DNA of 64,000 bases from Camelus ferus (taxonomy: Eukaryota), in the NCBI RefSeq assembly GCF_009834535.1, contig NC_045697.1:66590001-66654000 (forward strand), given 5' to 3'. The position numbers were made by a program, and so were the translations under genes. Every line of letters starts with the position of its first letter. The first letter of the stretch is position 1. Below are positions 1 to 13,500 of this stretch, in pieces. Below the pieces are notes generated by a model, which saw only the letters and a program-made list of their open reading frames with translations, did no database searches and had not been told where the DNA came from.

Positions 1-759
1 AAATACATGTGTGATGATGGAGTTAATCTAAGCTTGCTGATAAGTAATGTATTTAGGCTGTCATAAGAAAGAATATTTATATTAAATAACTCTAAGTAGT
101 AAATAATATAATTTATTTGGCCATCTTCAAAAGGGAAAATCCCAAACTTAGGGAAAAATAATATTTAAAGTATTTATGACTTAAAACACATGTAAACACC
201 ATGTGTGATTTTAGAATTTTACCTATGTATGTGTTTTTATGTGCTTCAGTGAATTTTGTTTTTGTAAATATAATTGTCTTTTTAAATGAAAAAGCTATCC
301 ATACTGTGTCAGTAAAGCTAGTGTTAATTTTAAAATTCCAATGTTTAATATACTTTTGAGTCACTAGTTTTTATAAACTGTTAGTTGTATCAGGACTATG
401 GATAGGTTTGATGCTGTGTGGGTTATAATTTTGGACTCCTTCTCCGTCCCCTTTTTAAACTCTTTCAGATACTGCTATTATTACTGTGGTTTCCTTTTGG
501 AAGATTTACCTCTGGATACTGCCATGCCTGAAATAGTAGTGGTAGATGTTAATAATGTTGGGAATTTAAGTATGCATTAGGGTGTTTTTTTTTTTTGTTT
601 TTTTTTTTTTGGATTTACTACTTGAGCTAAATGATTATCTACTCCAGATGCTGTTATTACTCCAGTTGACTGGGGTCCCTGAGTGTTGACAGAGGAAGGT
701 TTATTTGCACATTAGAGCAGCTGACTGGTTTGATCAGGTCAGTCTCATGTGGAAAGGGA

Positions 760-955
760 TTATAAAAGTCACCTGCCTAGGTCAAATCCACACTCTGCAT
801 TTACAGTGACTTTTTAACTTGAAACTTCTGTGCTTTAGGTTTCCTCTTCCTTAAAATGTACCTGCTTCGTAGAGTTATAATGAGGATTTTAAAAGTTAAT
901 TAATCTGAAGTGTTTAGAGCCTGGCACATAGTGATCAATAAATGATGGTAATTAG
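760..955 (+). mobile_element. MIR SINE (core and 3' part)
   Basis: Degenerate match to MIR core/3' end: ctgtgctttaggtttcctc...aaaatg...gaggatt...gcctggcacatagtgatcaataaatg. Confidence 0.75.
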
Positions 956-969
956 CATGTTTCATTTGA

Positions 970-1466
970 CCTTTAATAATCTTTCATTATTAGAGTGAAG
1001 AAAATACTATCCTTAACAAGACCCATAAAACAGCCCCATTATCTGGCCATTATCCCCTCTTCATTCCTCTTCTTTTCCCTGAACTTTCCAAGCTACTTTC
1101 CATATTTGGGGAATTTTGTAGCTTTGTTAATTCTCTCCTGAAATGCTCTTTTCCTCATCCTTCCTTTGTCAGCTGATTAATTTCGTGTGCTTCAGATTTG
1201 AGCTCAAAAGGTACATCCTATAGCCTGACCTTTCCTGCTATTCCCGCACTGGCCTCCGTACCCCCAGGCTAAGTGCTGCTCCCGTTGCTAGCTATGTCCA
1301 TATAGAATTTTAAGTTTCTCATGATACAGTTGGGTTATTTGTTGTCTCTTCACTCTGTAGCATATTATGGACCTAGAACCGTTCTTAGCACATAGTGGGC
1401 ACAAAATAAATACTTAAATGTGTATGTGTGTGAGGGAGGGAGGGAGTGAATTATGAATGAATGAAC
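970..1466 (+). mobile_element. LINE-2 3' end
   Basis: Pyrimidine-rich L2 body ending in cctagaacc...agcacatagtgggcac...aaataaatact...gaatgaatgaa, the typical L2 terminus. Confidence 0.7.
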
Positions 1467-3280
1467 TGTCCTGTGTACATTTGAGTGTTACGCATATTTA
1501 GGTTTATAAACATAGGGACCAGATAATCCTGATACTCAGTGGGCTGGTTTTCCTTGTCCTTGAAAGCTGAGAAGGTAAATGCTTCACTGTATGGAGATGT
1601 ACTTGAGAATTACCCCTATAGGGTAAGTGTGTTTGGTTTTGTTGATTAAATGGAAGAAAAATCTTTTTGATATTTACGAATTGTTCGAAACAGGATAAAA
1701 GTATTACTATGCTTGAAATATGCTGATCATGGTATGAATATTGCCAGTCATTTCCCAGTATGCCTGGGGTTTTGCCTATCACCAGCTTACACAGATTTCC
1801 CAGGCTGCGGTGGGCTGCCAGCGGCCTACTTGTGTCCCTGGTGTGCATCTGCAGGTGATCGCCCTGAGGCCACAGCCTGCAGGAAGTCATTGAGAATCTG
1901 AGTAACTTGGAAGCTAAGGCTCCTGCCTGAGCTTTACAAGTACGGATTTGTTTGTGGGACCCTCTAGTTCCGCTAGGTTGTATTCATTGTCTGCTTATTT
2001 CCTTCTCTCCTATCCTTTTTTTCCTTATTGTCCTAATATCTTGTCTATTCCTAGGCATTTCTGTTCTTTTTTTCCCACCTTCTTCCAACTTTGCACACTT
2101 GACAACATATGCCCCCACCTCTTTGGCTTGAAAAGTCGAGGGGAAGCTTTTTCTTCCTTTGAGACTCTTTAAAATTTCTGTGTGAATCTTGTATGACTTA
2201 GACATAGGCAGTGAAAAACTGTTCAAAGACATTAGACTCCTGTTTGACTGGGAGATGGTTTGGCTTAGGAAATGAAATTCTATAGTTTAGAACCTTATGA
2301 ACCAGAACCAATGAAATGGTTTGCCAGAATGGGAGTGTTTTATACTTTCTGGATCACTGATTATTTAGTACAGAAAGTTCAGCATCACCAAAACACAACA
2401 GTTAGCAGCTTTTCATACCTTACTCTGGAAGGGAAATGGCAGTGCCTGCTTTAGATATTTTGATAATAAAAGGGACTCATTTTTTTCCCCACTGATTGAA
2501 CCCAACAGTTCTTAAGAAAGAGGCTGACATTAAAAAATCTCAGAGGAATTTGTGCAGTTTATGTTTTTTCCTTTGAAAATACCCTTCAAAGATAGGTAAT
2601 AGTCTCTTCTTATCTGGATGAGGCCCTTTCCATTTGACAACCATTTTCTTTTGCAGTTTCTAGGCACTTTTGGGAAGACACACAGATTTTATTAATTTGT
2701 CTGAGTCATCTTTGGTTATGTTGACCATCATGAGTTTTCTGTTGGTGTTCTAATTTTCTGTGGAACAGCAGGGTTATCTTTACAGCATGTTTAAAATGTT
2801 AGGCATGGTTTGTTGACTTTTTTTGGCAGCATTGTACACACAGGATCTTCAACTACAGAGTCATTCCCTATGTGTGCTAACACTTGGAAATTGTTTTCTT
2901 AAAGAAATGTTTTTTTAAAATGGAATGAACTTCTAGTAACGTTAACAAGTTTTCAGAATTGCAATAAATTATTTGGCAAAATATTTTATATTGTCATAGC
3001 AATAATCTCTTTGGTGATAAGCAAAGATGGCGAGAGAGATGCAATTACATATTTTTAGATGCCAATTTATATTGAGAATATTTATAAAGTATGAGTTCTG
3101 TAAAACTGTACTATTTAAAGATTCTATCCCCTAAGACCATGCTAATTTTTATTAAAATGAGAGATTATCAGCTACTTAAAAGCCATCGTGTTTCCTATTG
3201 ATGATAGTTAACTAGGTAATTAACTACAAATGAAAATGATTTTAGTAACATTTCTTGGTATACAGTCTACTCTTACTTTA

Positions 3281-4570
3281 TCATAAATGGGTGTTGGATT
3301 TTAGCAAAAGCTTTTTCTGCATCCATTGAGATGATCATACGGTTTTTATTCTTCAGTTTGTTAATGTGATCTATCACATTGATTTGCAGATACTGAAAAA
3401 TCTCTGCATCCTTGAGATAAATCCCACTTGATTATGGTGTGTGATCCTTTTAATGCATTGCTGGAGTTGCTCTGCTAGTATATTGCTGAGGATTTTTGCA
3501 TCTATATTCATAAGTGATGGTGGCCTGTAATTTTCTTTTTTTGTGATATCTTTGGTTTTAGTATCAGGGTAATGATGGCCTCGTAGAATGATTTTGGAAG
3601 TGTTCCTTCCTCTGCAATTTTTTGGAATAGTTTCAGAAGGATAGGTGTTAACTCCTCTCTGAATGTTTGGTAGAATTAACCTGTGAAGCCATCTGGTCCT
3701 GGACTTTTGTTTGGGAGATTTTAAATTACTGGTTCAATTTTATTCAATTTTATTACTGGTAATTGGTCTATTCGTATTGTCTGTTTCTTACTGGTTCAAT
3801 CTTGGCAAATTGTACCTTTCTAAGAAATTTGTCCATTTCTCCTACATTGTCCTCTTTGTAGGCATATAGTAACCTCTTATGATCCCATGCATTTCTGTGG
3901 TGTTGGTTGTAATTTCCTCTTTTTCATTTCTTATTTTATTAATTTGACCCCTCTGCCTTTTTTCTCAAGTCTGACTAAAGGTTTATCAATTTTGTTTCTT
4001 TGCAAAGAACCAGCTTTTAGTTCTTTTCAATTGTTTTTTAGTCAAATTTATTTCTGCTCTGATCTTTACGATTTCTTCTAACTGGGTTTTGTTTGTTCTT
4101 TCTCTAGCTGCTTTAGGTGTAAGATTAGGTTGTTGAGATTTTTCTTGTTTCCTGAGGTAGGGTTGTATTGCTATAAACTTTCCTCCGAAAACTGCTTTTG
4201 TTGCGTCCCAGAGGCTTTGGATCATTGTTTTTGTTTTCGTTTGTCTCAAAGTATGTGTTTAATTTTCTCTTTGATTTCTTCAGTGATCTATTGGTTGTTT
4301 AGTAGCATATTTTTAGCTTCCAGGTATTTGCAGTTCTTGCGTTTTTTTTGTTATAGTTGATTTCTAGCCTTATAGTGATGTGGTCGGTAAAGATACTTGA
4401 TACGATTTCAATTTTCTTAAATTTACTGAGGCTGACTCTGTGGGCCAGCATGTGGCTGATTCTGGAGAATGTTCCATGTGCACTTGAGAAAAGTGTGTTT
4501 TCTGTTGCTTTCAGATGGAATGCTCTACAGATAGCAATTAAGTCCGTCTGGTCTGATGTGTTATTTAGGG
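3281..4570 (-). mobile_element. LINE-1 internal ORF2 fragment (end of endonuclease to start of RT), flanked by 13-bp direct repeat
   Basis: Minus strand encodes [15 protein letters not shown] and the ORF track shows QSLWDATKAVFGGKFIAI and KSWFF (L1 ORF2 motifs); frameshifted; tactcttacttta at both 3268-3280 and 4571-4583. Confidence 0.95.
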
Positions 4571-4789
4571 TACTCTTACTTTAGAAATCTTCCTTAGTGA
4601 GTCACTTAAAGGAGATGATTGCTGAAAAAATGGAACGGTGTTTTTTGTTTTTTACGCTCACATGTAATCCTTCTGTGTGGATATATGCTTTGTTAATGCC
4701 CTGGTGCAGCAGTTTAAAAAGTGCTTAGAAATTGCTTTTTAAAAAATAAATGATTTAATTTACTGGGTGACTAGGTTTCTTAGCTCATG

Positions 4790-5600
4790 GTATAATTCTA
4801 ACAAAGGACAAAAGTAAGCTTCCTCCTAGTCTTGTCTTCCACCCACTCTGATGTCCTCCCCAGAGACAATGACTGTGACCAGATTTTTGTTTTCCTTCCA
4901 GAGGCTGTGCGTGTGTGTGTGTACATATATACACATACACTCATATACATGTATTTACATGATACAGAAAAATATATATAGCATATATAAAATATATATT
5001 TCTTACTTTTAAATTCAAGTTTGAGTAGTTACACATACTGTTCTGTATCTTGCTTTGACTAAATATATGTTGTCAGTCATTCCGTATTAATGCATATAAA
5101 GCTGCATTATTCCTTTAAATGCTACATGCAGTTATTGGATATAATGTAGTGTATTTGATTTTTCTAGTCATTTGTTGTTTATATACATGTGTGCATGTAA
5201 CTACAGGAACATTTCCTGGAGCATAGAGTTGGACACCACAGAGCTTGTCCCCATTTCCATGCCCACCCAGAATACATGAGAGTGCCTGCTTCCTGTATGT
5301 TACCAGTGAATATCAAATTCTTAAACTTCTGCAAAGCTGATAAAGAAAAAATACTGTCTCTGTAATGTTTTTACTTTGCATTTTTCTTATGAGTATTTGG
5401 CATCTTTTCATATACTTGAAAACCACTAATTTGAATTTTTGTTAAATCTTTGTTCATATTGATTATTTTTCATGCATTGCTGGTCTTTGTTTTTATTTTT
5501 TAGGAGTTTTTAATATATTATGGAAAAATAGTACTTTGTGATGATTTGGGAATATTTGCTTAGTTTGATTTTTGGCATGATTTATGATTTTTTTGACCCA
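4790..5600 (-). mobile_element. Old L1M (L1ME-like) 3' region
   Basis: tccccagagacaatgactg..., cccaccagaatacatgagagtgcctg, ttgcatttttcttatgag...gcatcttttcatatacttg resemble antisense L1M 3' UTR/ORF2 end. Confidence 0.7.
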
Positions 5601-5629
5601 GGAGGGTAAGAACCTTTTTTTTTCCCCCA

Positions 5630-5800
5630 CCATTTACTGTGTGCCACTTTTAACCCTTTAATTTGTCTTCATAAACTTATTTAATCCTTAATAAAAAAAA
5701 AATGATGAGTTAAGTAACTTACCGAGAACCTCACAGTTAAAGTGAACTCAGGTAGTCTGACCCCAAGGCCCCTCCTCTTAACTACTGTACTGTGTTGCCT
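5630..5800 (-). mobile_element. MIR
   Basis: gagttaagtaacttacc...cacagttaa...gaactcaggtagtctgaccccaaggccc...cttaactactgtac. Confidence 0.7.
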
Positions 5801-6499
5801 AAATCTGTATTCTTAAAGACCAAACATGTAAGTTTTCTGAATTAAAAAATTCTAATTCACAGGATTTTTTCTTCTTGATATGGGCAACTGATAATTCTAT
5901 TTTTTTTCAAATAAAAATACAGGGACTGATTCACTGCTCCCTTCAAAGCAGTATTGACAATTATTTGTTCTTATAGTTAGAGAAGCATTTTTATACTCAT
6001 TTTTATATTGGTTAAAGTAATTTTATATGGAAACTGGTATCTGCGAGGCGATATTTATAAATAGTAGTGCATTTTGATTGATCATTTTCTGTCAGAAAAA
6101 ATAAGAATACTTACTAGGATTGGATTTTCGGAGAGGTGTAAATGTTAGGTTATTAGGAATATTCTTGGTATCTCAGAACCCTAAGGCACGTGACACATAA
6201 ATGTGGAGTCACATTTTTATGGCCCTCCTAACTTCGGAACAGTGGGCAGAAGACCAGAGACTATCCAAATACCTTAGATCTAGATTTCTTTTTTCTGGAT
6301 AAGGCTGTTACTTAGCAAGACCTTTTGTGAATACTTGTTTTTTTCTGTCTTAAATATTTAAAAACTTGTTTAAAAGAAGACACTGCTTTTTTCACATGCT
6401 TGTGATTAAAAAAAAAAATTGCTGCCTTAAAAACTGCATTATTTAAAGGCTTACCTGCAGTCAAGTTTCATAGGTCTACAGTAGAAATCAGTGAATTAT

Positions 6500-6720
6500 A
6501 CAGTGGGTTGCAGAGGAGGAAGACAATTCCACCAGGGAAGGAAGAGGCGGCAGGTGGGAAAAGGCTTTTGTGGATGAGGTGTCATTTGAACCACATCTTG
6601 AGAGAAGAGGAGGAAGCAGCATTCCACAGATAGGGAGTTACACACGCAGGACAGGAGACGCACTGTCTGTCGGAGGCACTGGGTTTAGTGTGGCCAGAGG
6701 GGAGAGGAGACACAGTTAAA
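6500..6720 (-). mobile_element. LINE-2 fragment
   Basis: aaaggctttt gtggatgaggtgtcatttgaaccacatcttga...agcattccacagataggg, typical antisense L2. Confidence 0.65.
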
Positions 6721-6747
6721 TATTGATATTGGTTGTCTCTTAGACGG

Positions 6748-6855
6748 TGCCATGCAGCAGAAATATAGTGTGAGCCATGTATATAATTTATAATTTTAGT
6801 AGCACATTACAAAAAGCAAAAAATAAACAGGTGAAGTTAATTTATTTTATCCAAG
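6748..6855. mobile_element. hAT-Charlie MITE fragment (MER33/MER3-like)
   Basis: agaaatatagtgtgagccatgtatataatt...tagtagcacattacaaaaagcaaaaaataaacaggtgaagttaat. Confidence 0.7.
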
Positions 6856-7594
6856 CAGGAAAAAAAAATTGGATGGGAGTCAGGGTATGTGGTGTGGGAT
6901 TCTTTTTTTAATTTTTGAAAGAAGAGACTTAAACAGGCGTTAAGCCATAAGGAAGGATAAGAAGAGTGAAAAAATTCTAAATATGAGACCAATTAAAGAA
7001 GTCTAGATGGGGAGATTGGTCTTTATTGGTAGAAAGGAGAATTTTTCCTCTGAAACAAAGAGGAAAAGGGAAGATAAAGATTTGTGTTTCTTTGGAGGTT
7101 TTGGAAGTCTAGGAAAAATTAAAAATGCATTCTCAAGTACAGCTTTTCAGGAAGAAAATGAAACTCAAAAAAACCCAGATTGTTCATGAATAACTATTTT
7201 TTAATGTTCTTTTTAGCCCTTATAATAACATGAATTAACTCTTCACATTGAAAAAAATGGCCTAGGATATGGAGAGCAATAGAATATGGATGGCAACAAA
7301 CGTCACAAAAGAAACCAGTGCACCTTTATTCAGACTCTGGTGGAGTGATTCAGGAATGGCTCTGCCACAGACAGGGTCTTGGAAAGTTTTAAGCCAGTTT
7401 GTAAAGGAAGAGATGGACACAGGTTGGCAGGAATTCTTAATGTCAAATACCTAGGACTAGTGAGGGGGAGGAGAGACTAGACTAGAATGTAGGGAGGGAA
7501 AGAGGCACTGACAAGTAATAGCAAATACCAAGGGGTGAAAAATATCTTTGCTCTTACTTTAAGTCAATGTTTTTTCAACTTTTTCACAAAATTA

Positions 7595-7990
7595 TCTGTT
7601 ACACGTTACAGAAAGTGCATCTGAAACTCTGTTAAACAATGAAAGCAATGTACTGGCTCACAAAATCAAAAAGTTTAAGGGTATCAGACTTTTTTGATCA
7701 GGAAGCTCAGGGTGTTAAGGAGACCAGCTCTGTTTTCTGAGGTGCTCCGGACTCTGCCCTGCCCCACACATTTGTGTCCTCCCCAGGCGGGGTATCCTCA
7801 TTGCTGTACAAAATCACGCCCTGCTGTCCCGAGTGGCAGCCAAGTGCATTCACCTCTGACTCCAGTGAGAGTACTCATACTCACTCTGATTAGACTGTAG
7901 TTGGACTGCAAACTCCATCTCTGGGGCTGGGAATGCAGTTAGGTCTCTGGGATTCCATATCCCCAGTGAAAACTGGGCCCAGTTGGGAAG
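7595..7990 (-). mobile_element. ERVL-MaLR solo LTR (MLT1J/K-like)
   Basis: gttacacgttacagaaa...aaactctgttaaacaatgaaagcaatgtactggctcaca...aaaagtttaagggg resembles the reverse complement of an old MLT1 3' end. Confidence 0.6.
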
Positions 7991-8859
7991 TGAGAAAAGA
8001 GACCAATGATACAACCATGAGTTCCTGTAGTACCAAGGGAGCACGCTAGGCACCTTGGACGATTAGCCTGAAGCACAAAGTTTCATTTTAATGTATTCCA
8101 TTGTATATTAAATATTACTTACAATTTTACCTTATATTCCATAATCTACTTTTGTGTATATCAAGATTCTTCCAAAATCTTTGAGTAAAATGAATGATCC
8201 AAAGCTGTCATTTAACCTGTGACTGCAAATGTCCCTTGGTGTACTAGCAGGTACTTGTAAACGGGCCTTGTATCATCTTGACATAATAGACTCTGTAATA
8301 CAAACACATATTTGATGTATAAAATAAAGAGAACGCTGAAAGACTTATTAAATAGTGTATCCAACATATATTTTAAGCCATGATTTTTGTCCATTTTAAG
8401 AGTACGTTTTCCACAACTCACAGTTATTTACAAATACATATAATCGCTGGAATTAACCATTTCTTGGATATTAATAACCATGGTAAAAATAACTGAGAAT
8501 AGTTTTTCTAAACATGCTTTGTACTCTGTGTCATTAAACTTAGTCTGAGAATGCGTTTAGTAGCTGTAACTGTGCTGCGGGACATTTTAAAAACTAGAAT
8601 TGAATGCTCAACCCCAGGATTCCTCTGAGATAATTATAGGATGAAAAATGACAAAGAAAAAAATCTACTTATCTTTGTTAATAAAGATGCCCCCCAGTCC
8701 TGTTCAATAGTTTAAATTTTAATGATACGTTTATTTTATATACACAGACACACACTAATGTCTGTTTTTAGGAAACAGAGTTATCCATTTACTGTGATAC
8801 CCAGATCTTATGTGAGACTTGGATAGTAGTGGAAAACTTCTAATTATTTTCAAGAAGTA

Positions 8860-9062
8860 GGACTTACTGTGAGCCAGCTACTGTTTCAGTGTTTGAAATA
8901 CAACCACATTTAATACTTATATCAACTCTCAAAAAGTCAAGTTCCAGCATGATTAAATAGCAAATAACTTGTCCAGTGTTATTTACAAAGCTAGTAAGTA
9001 GTCAGGTTGGAGAACCCTGGGAGCCAGACTCTGGAGTCCATGATCCTACCTGTACACTGTGT
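8860..9062 (-). mobile_element. MIR
   Basis: cttactgtgagccagctactgt...aaataacttgtccag...agctagtaagt...gactctggagtccatg. Confidence 0.65.
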
Positions 9063-9877
9063 TGATTCCTAGTCATTCTGTTAACAAAAAAGAAACCTTT
9101 GCCAGGTAAATCTATGGGAGTTATGAAAACAGTTTGTGGTGATACTATTCATCAACTTTTCTAGTTTGAAAGTGAGGGAGCAACCTTGTGTTTGAGCTGT
9201 GGCATGAGAGCGGGCTGTTTTCCCAGCAGCTCACATCTGTGCTGTACTTTTGAAGTCATGCTTCGCTGAGTCTTTGATGTGTTTCTTCTGTCCAGGTTCC
9301 TTTCACGTGTCTAACTTCAAATGAATGGTAATGGTGCCATTCTTCACCGATAACATAATGGAACTTGGGTTCTTTTATCCTTGTTGTTATGTTGGTCATA
9401 ATATGCTAGATTTTTAGGGAAGTTTATTTTAACTAATCAGAATGTTGAGTTTTAAGATTTATCTTTTGGTGCTTATTTTATGTGTTTATCCATTCAATGA
9501 CAGATTACATTAGAAACTTTTACATAATGCTTTTGGAAACATCAGCTGCTCTTCAAAAGAAGTGTGGTGAATGAATTCCATTTGTGTTTTGGTAAGCAAC
9601 AACGGGATGAAAAATCCTTAAATCGTTTTGTCCCTGAGCCTCATTGAGATGAAGTTCACCCTCACCTTCTTTATTTTAGATACTCGCCTCATGCTTCTGT
9701 CAGTTCCATAATGCACTTCTAGTCTTGTTGGAATAGTGACGGAGGAGCTGGGGCTGTAACCCCAAGCCAGAAACATGGAAGAAATAGTAAATGTAAAAAT
9801 ACCTCTTTATTTTGAATCATCTTCCATTGTGCTTTTTCTTGATCCTTCCCTCCATCCTACTCCAGCCTCCTTTGTTA

Positions 9878-10330
9878 TAGTTACAGGAAATAGAAACCAA
9901 TTTTAAGGAAAACAGATTCATTGGGAAGATTCAGAGTGGCTTAAAGGAAGAGCTGAACAACCAGGCTTTGGAATGGAGCCAGTTGCTTGCTGAACTGTGT
10001 TTAGATGTCCTTCAAGGGGATGACTTCCCTCTGGTCACCTTCTCTGGTCAGGATTACAGTATCTGGGGAAAGTGTGGGAGAACTCAAGTCAGTTCCACAC
10101 CTGACCCCGTCTCTGGGCTGGAGGGATGGAGTGTCCTTTGTGGAGGAGCTTGCCTCAGAGGACTGCGGAGATGGGACCCAGGCCAGCTCATGCTTGCTTG
10201 CTCCCCACCCCTCTTCTTTCTCCCTCCCCTCCCCCCCTCTCTCTGTCATCCTCTCTGTCTCTCTCCGGATTCTGTGCACACTCTCAGACATAGGCAGTCT
10301 AATTTGATGTAGGATTTTGCTCCAGGGAAG
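9878..10330 (-). mobile_element. Old MaLR LTR (MLT1K/L-like)
   Basis: agttacaggaaatagaaaccaa...gattcattgggaagatt...gctgaacaaccaggcttt; accounts for the three overlapping spurious ORFs at 9968-10375. Confidence 0.45.
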
Positions 10331-11549
10331 AAAGACTTGCTGGAAAAAGAAAGAAGTAATGGCACTGGGTTCCAAATCAGTTTCATATTGATCACTGGGT
10401 AATTCTCAGTGAGTCACATTTTTCACTAATCACGAGTGCAGATTGGTAAGATTAATGAATGTGACTGAGAGGATAATAGTAGGCCAGAACCTAGAAGCTG
10501 TGTATTTCTACCTGTGCCCCTCCTCAGGGAAAACCCAGAAGGGAAGGAGGGAGAAGAATTAGATTAGTAATTTTCCTGGTTCTCTGGTCTAGCTTTTTGC
10601 AAGACTTCTCTGCTTTCACCAACTAAGAAGAGAGCAAAACAGAATGTAACACTAAAGGAGGAGAAAAAGAAAATCATTACAGAATGTTGATATTTAGAAT
10701 TTTATAAAAATATTACCACAGATGACATATTTCATAGAAGATTTAAGTACATAATTTAAAGAGTAAATAATTGGGTGGAGTGTTGCATGAAAGAATTTGT
10801 ATTAATAATTTCAAGTTGAACTTTAAGGCAGTTAAAAATAAATTGCTAGGTTAGAAAAGGTGAGACCGACAATAACCAGGAAATTATTTTTCTAAGAAAG
10901 ACTGTTTTCAAAACTTAGACCCCCATTTGTTTCAATCACAACCTAAAGTTTCTACCTCACATTTATATTCTCTATTTAAACTTTACAAAAACTAATTTTT
11001 GATTAAAATTCTGAGTGTAAATGAAAATACTGGGATCTAGTCTATTTACATGTAAACTTTTAAGAAATGCCAAGTCAGTATTATTATTTTGACTTAATAC
11101 AGGATCAGGATATAGGGAACACATTTGGAAGAATTATTTCTTCCCTAGAAACCTGTATTTAATTTTTGTTACCTTAACAAGTATATTAAAAAGTGTCTTA
11201 TAAATTGCAGTGAAAGCAACCATAAGCAATTCCCAGTTTAATATAGATGAAGTATTGGTAATAAATGCCATTCCAGCTTATCTGTCATAAGTGTAGGATT
11301 CGGTTAGGGATTCAAAGAAAAGTGAAGCTAAATTTCAGTTATGCTTTTTCACTGAATCTATGAAAGCCATTTTAGGAGGGAAATTAAAATTCATTGAACT
11401 GCTATATATAATAGTTCTCTCTAATTAATCCCCCAAGTACACAACAGGGACATTTTTTAGTAACAGATGTATAAGAAAAAGGCAAAAGTTTAATTTAAAG
11501 AATTAATCACTGCAGCAATTTTCATTTATTAGGAGTGAGGTACGTTTCA

Positions 11550-13070
11550 TTTTCTCTTGGGGGAAGATGGTCCCGGCAGAGTGAAGCACAAGTGCAGGTA
11601 GCTAGGCGGTAACGTGACTGACGTGCTTAAAGACCGGCAAGGCGGCCACGTGCCCAGAGTGGACTGATCCAAGGGGAAGGGACCACGAGGGCATTCAGAA
11701 AGGCAGTGGGCAGCTAGGTCGTGTTCTGACTTGTAGGCAGTCTTAAGGACTTGGGCTTGTATTTTTAGTGATATGGAAAGTCATTGGAATGCTTTAATCA
11801 AATGAGTAACCTGAGTTGTCATTGGCTTTAAAAAGATCATTCAGGCTGCTGCATGGGGAGTAATGTCAGGACCAAGGAGGGCAATCGAGAGAGCTGGAGT
11901 CCCCTGCAGCAGTCCCAGGTGAGCCAGCGAGGCAGGGGAGAAAAAGTAAAACACACAGAATGTGTTTCACAGGGAGAACTGAAAGGATTTGAATGGGATG
12001 TGGGAAATAAGTAATAGGGAGCTGTCAGGAACAAGTGCGAGGACTTTCCCAGATCAAAGATGAAGTTTCCATCTGTGGGGCCAAAGGGAGGCTGAGAAGT
12101 GAAGGTGTGGGTTAAATCAAGAGTTTGCTTTTGGACATGTTGTGATAGATGTCAGTTAAACTGGATATGTGAGTCTGGAGTCCCGGGAGGAGCGTGGCTG
12201 GAGATATAAATTTGAGTTTCATTAACCTACGTTAGTTTCATGTAGGTTTTGCCTAAAGCCGTTAAACTGTATGAGACAATATAGCGAATGAGTGCAGACA
12301 GAAAAGAAATTTGAAGACTGGCCCTAGAGAACTCTGAGGTTTGGAAGCTGGGGAGATAAGAAACCAGCAAAGGAAGATGAGGAGTGAGGTAGAGGGCAGT
12401 CAGGACCTTGTGTGTATTCAGGCAGTCATGTGATGAAAGTATTTCAAGGAGAAGGAATTGATAATCTTAGTTTAATCCTGTTTAAAGTTCAGCAACAGGG
12501 AGGGTCAACTGGTGACCTTGACAAAAGCAGCCTGTAGTGTTGAGGGGAGAGCATGACTGCGTTGGTTTCAAGAGAGGGCAAGAGTGGAGGAGGGACTTGC
12601 AGGCAGCAAGTATAGACAGTTCTCTTGAAGGGAAAAAGGAGCTGAGAGATGAGTGGTATTTGGAAGGGAAATGAGGCCAAAATAAGATTTTGATTTTGTT
12701 TTTTAAAAATGAAAGTAAATTCAGCTCAGGAATGATCCTGTCAAGAGATGCGGGGGATGGGGTGTGTGGACTGCTGTGGTGCTGTCCTTGAGGTGGCCCC
12801 TGGAGGTGGGATCTAGTGCAAAAAAAGGACCCCGGGGCTGAGGAGGGGGTCTTGGAGAGGCGCAGACTGTTGATTCGGTCAGGGAAGGTGGGCACAGAGG
12901 CACGTTGGTAATTAGGTGTGATAGGGCGTGATAAAGTAAGAGGGTTTTTCTGGTGTGTTTCAAAATTTTGGTTTTTATTTTTTCGTTTCTGTGGGTTGAC
13001 CTTGACACAGGATTGACAGGTGTGGGAATAGGAAGTAAGGAAGGGCTGGAGAGAAGAGAAGCAGCCCTAG
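11550..13070 (-). mobile_element. Long LINE-2 (L2a-like) fragment
   Basis: aaggacttgggcttgtatt...atggaaagtcattggaatgcttta...aaaaagatcattcaggctgc; ttttggacatgttg...ctggatatgtgagtctggag...ggctggagatataaatttgag; ggtgaccttgacaaaagcag. Confidence 0.9.
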
Positions 13071-13357
13071 AAACAAAGCAAAAGGTAGTGGTCAGTGGAG
13101 TTTTATAACAGCTGTGGTCTGTCCTAGGATATACTGTATTCCTTGTCCATTTGTTACAGCCCTTCGGTTGAAACCTACATACAGCACATAGAGGATTGTC
13201 CCCTGACTTGCTTATTTTCCTTCCTCTTAGTTCTTGTTGCTAGAACATCAGTCCCCACTTTACCTGGAACACAAGGGCTCTTGTATGCAGCAGACTTTGA
13301 CTAAAGAATTGAGAGAATGGGGGAAGATTACAACATAATCCTTCTAGCCTTATTTTT

Positions 13358-13500
13358 TTTTTTAAGTTTTTTTTTTTTTTTTAATTTGGCGGGGAGGTAA
13401 GTGGGTTTATTTATTTATTCTTACAGGAGGTACTGGGCATTGAACCCGGGACCTCATGCATGCTAAGCATGTGCTCTACCATTTGAGCTATACCCTCCCC
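13358..13500 (-). mobile_element. tRNA-Ala-derived camelid SINE (vic-1 type) with poly(A) tail and TSD
   Basis: Reverse complement GGGGAGGGTATAGCTCAAATGGTAGAGCACATGCTTAGCATGCATGAGGTCCCGGGTTCAATGCCCAGTACCTCC has A and B boxes and an AGC anticodon-like loop, followed by AATAAA repeats and an A tail; near-identical flanks ctagccttatttt (13344) and ctagctttatttt (13503). Confidence 0.9.

Noticed and set aside
5702..5760. C/D box snoRNA (ATGATGA...CTGA)
   Set aside because: It lies in a MIR, has no terminal stem, and the CTGA belongs to the MIR consensus.
8100..8600. Possible DNA-transposon coding remnant (ORF 8212-8421)
   Set aside because: I could not identify TIRs or any transposase motif.
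13426..13500. tRNA-Ala(AGC) gene
   Set aside because: It has extra 5' bases, an AATAAA/poly(A) tail and a TSD, so it is a SINE head.
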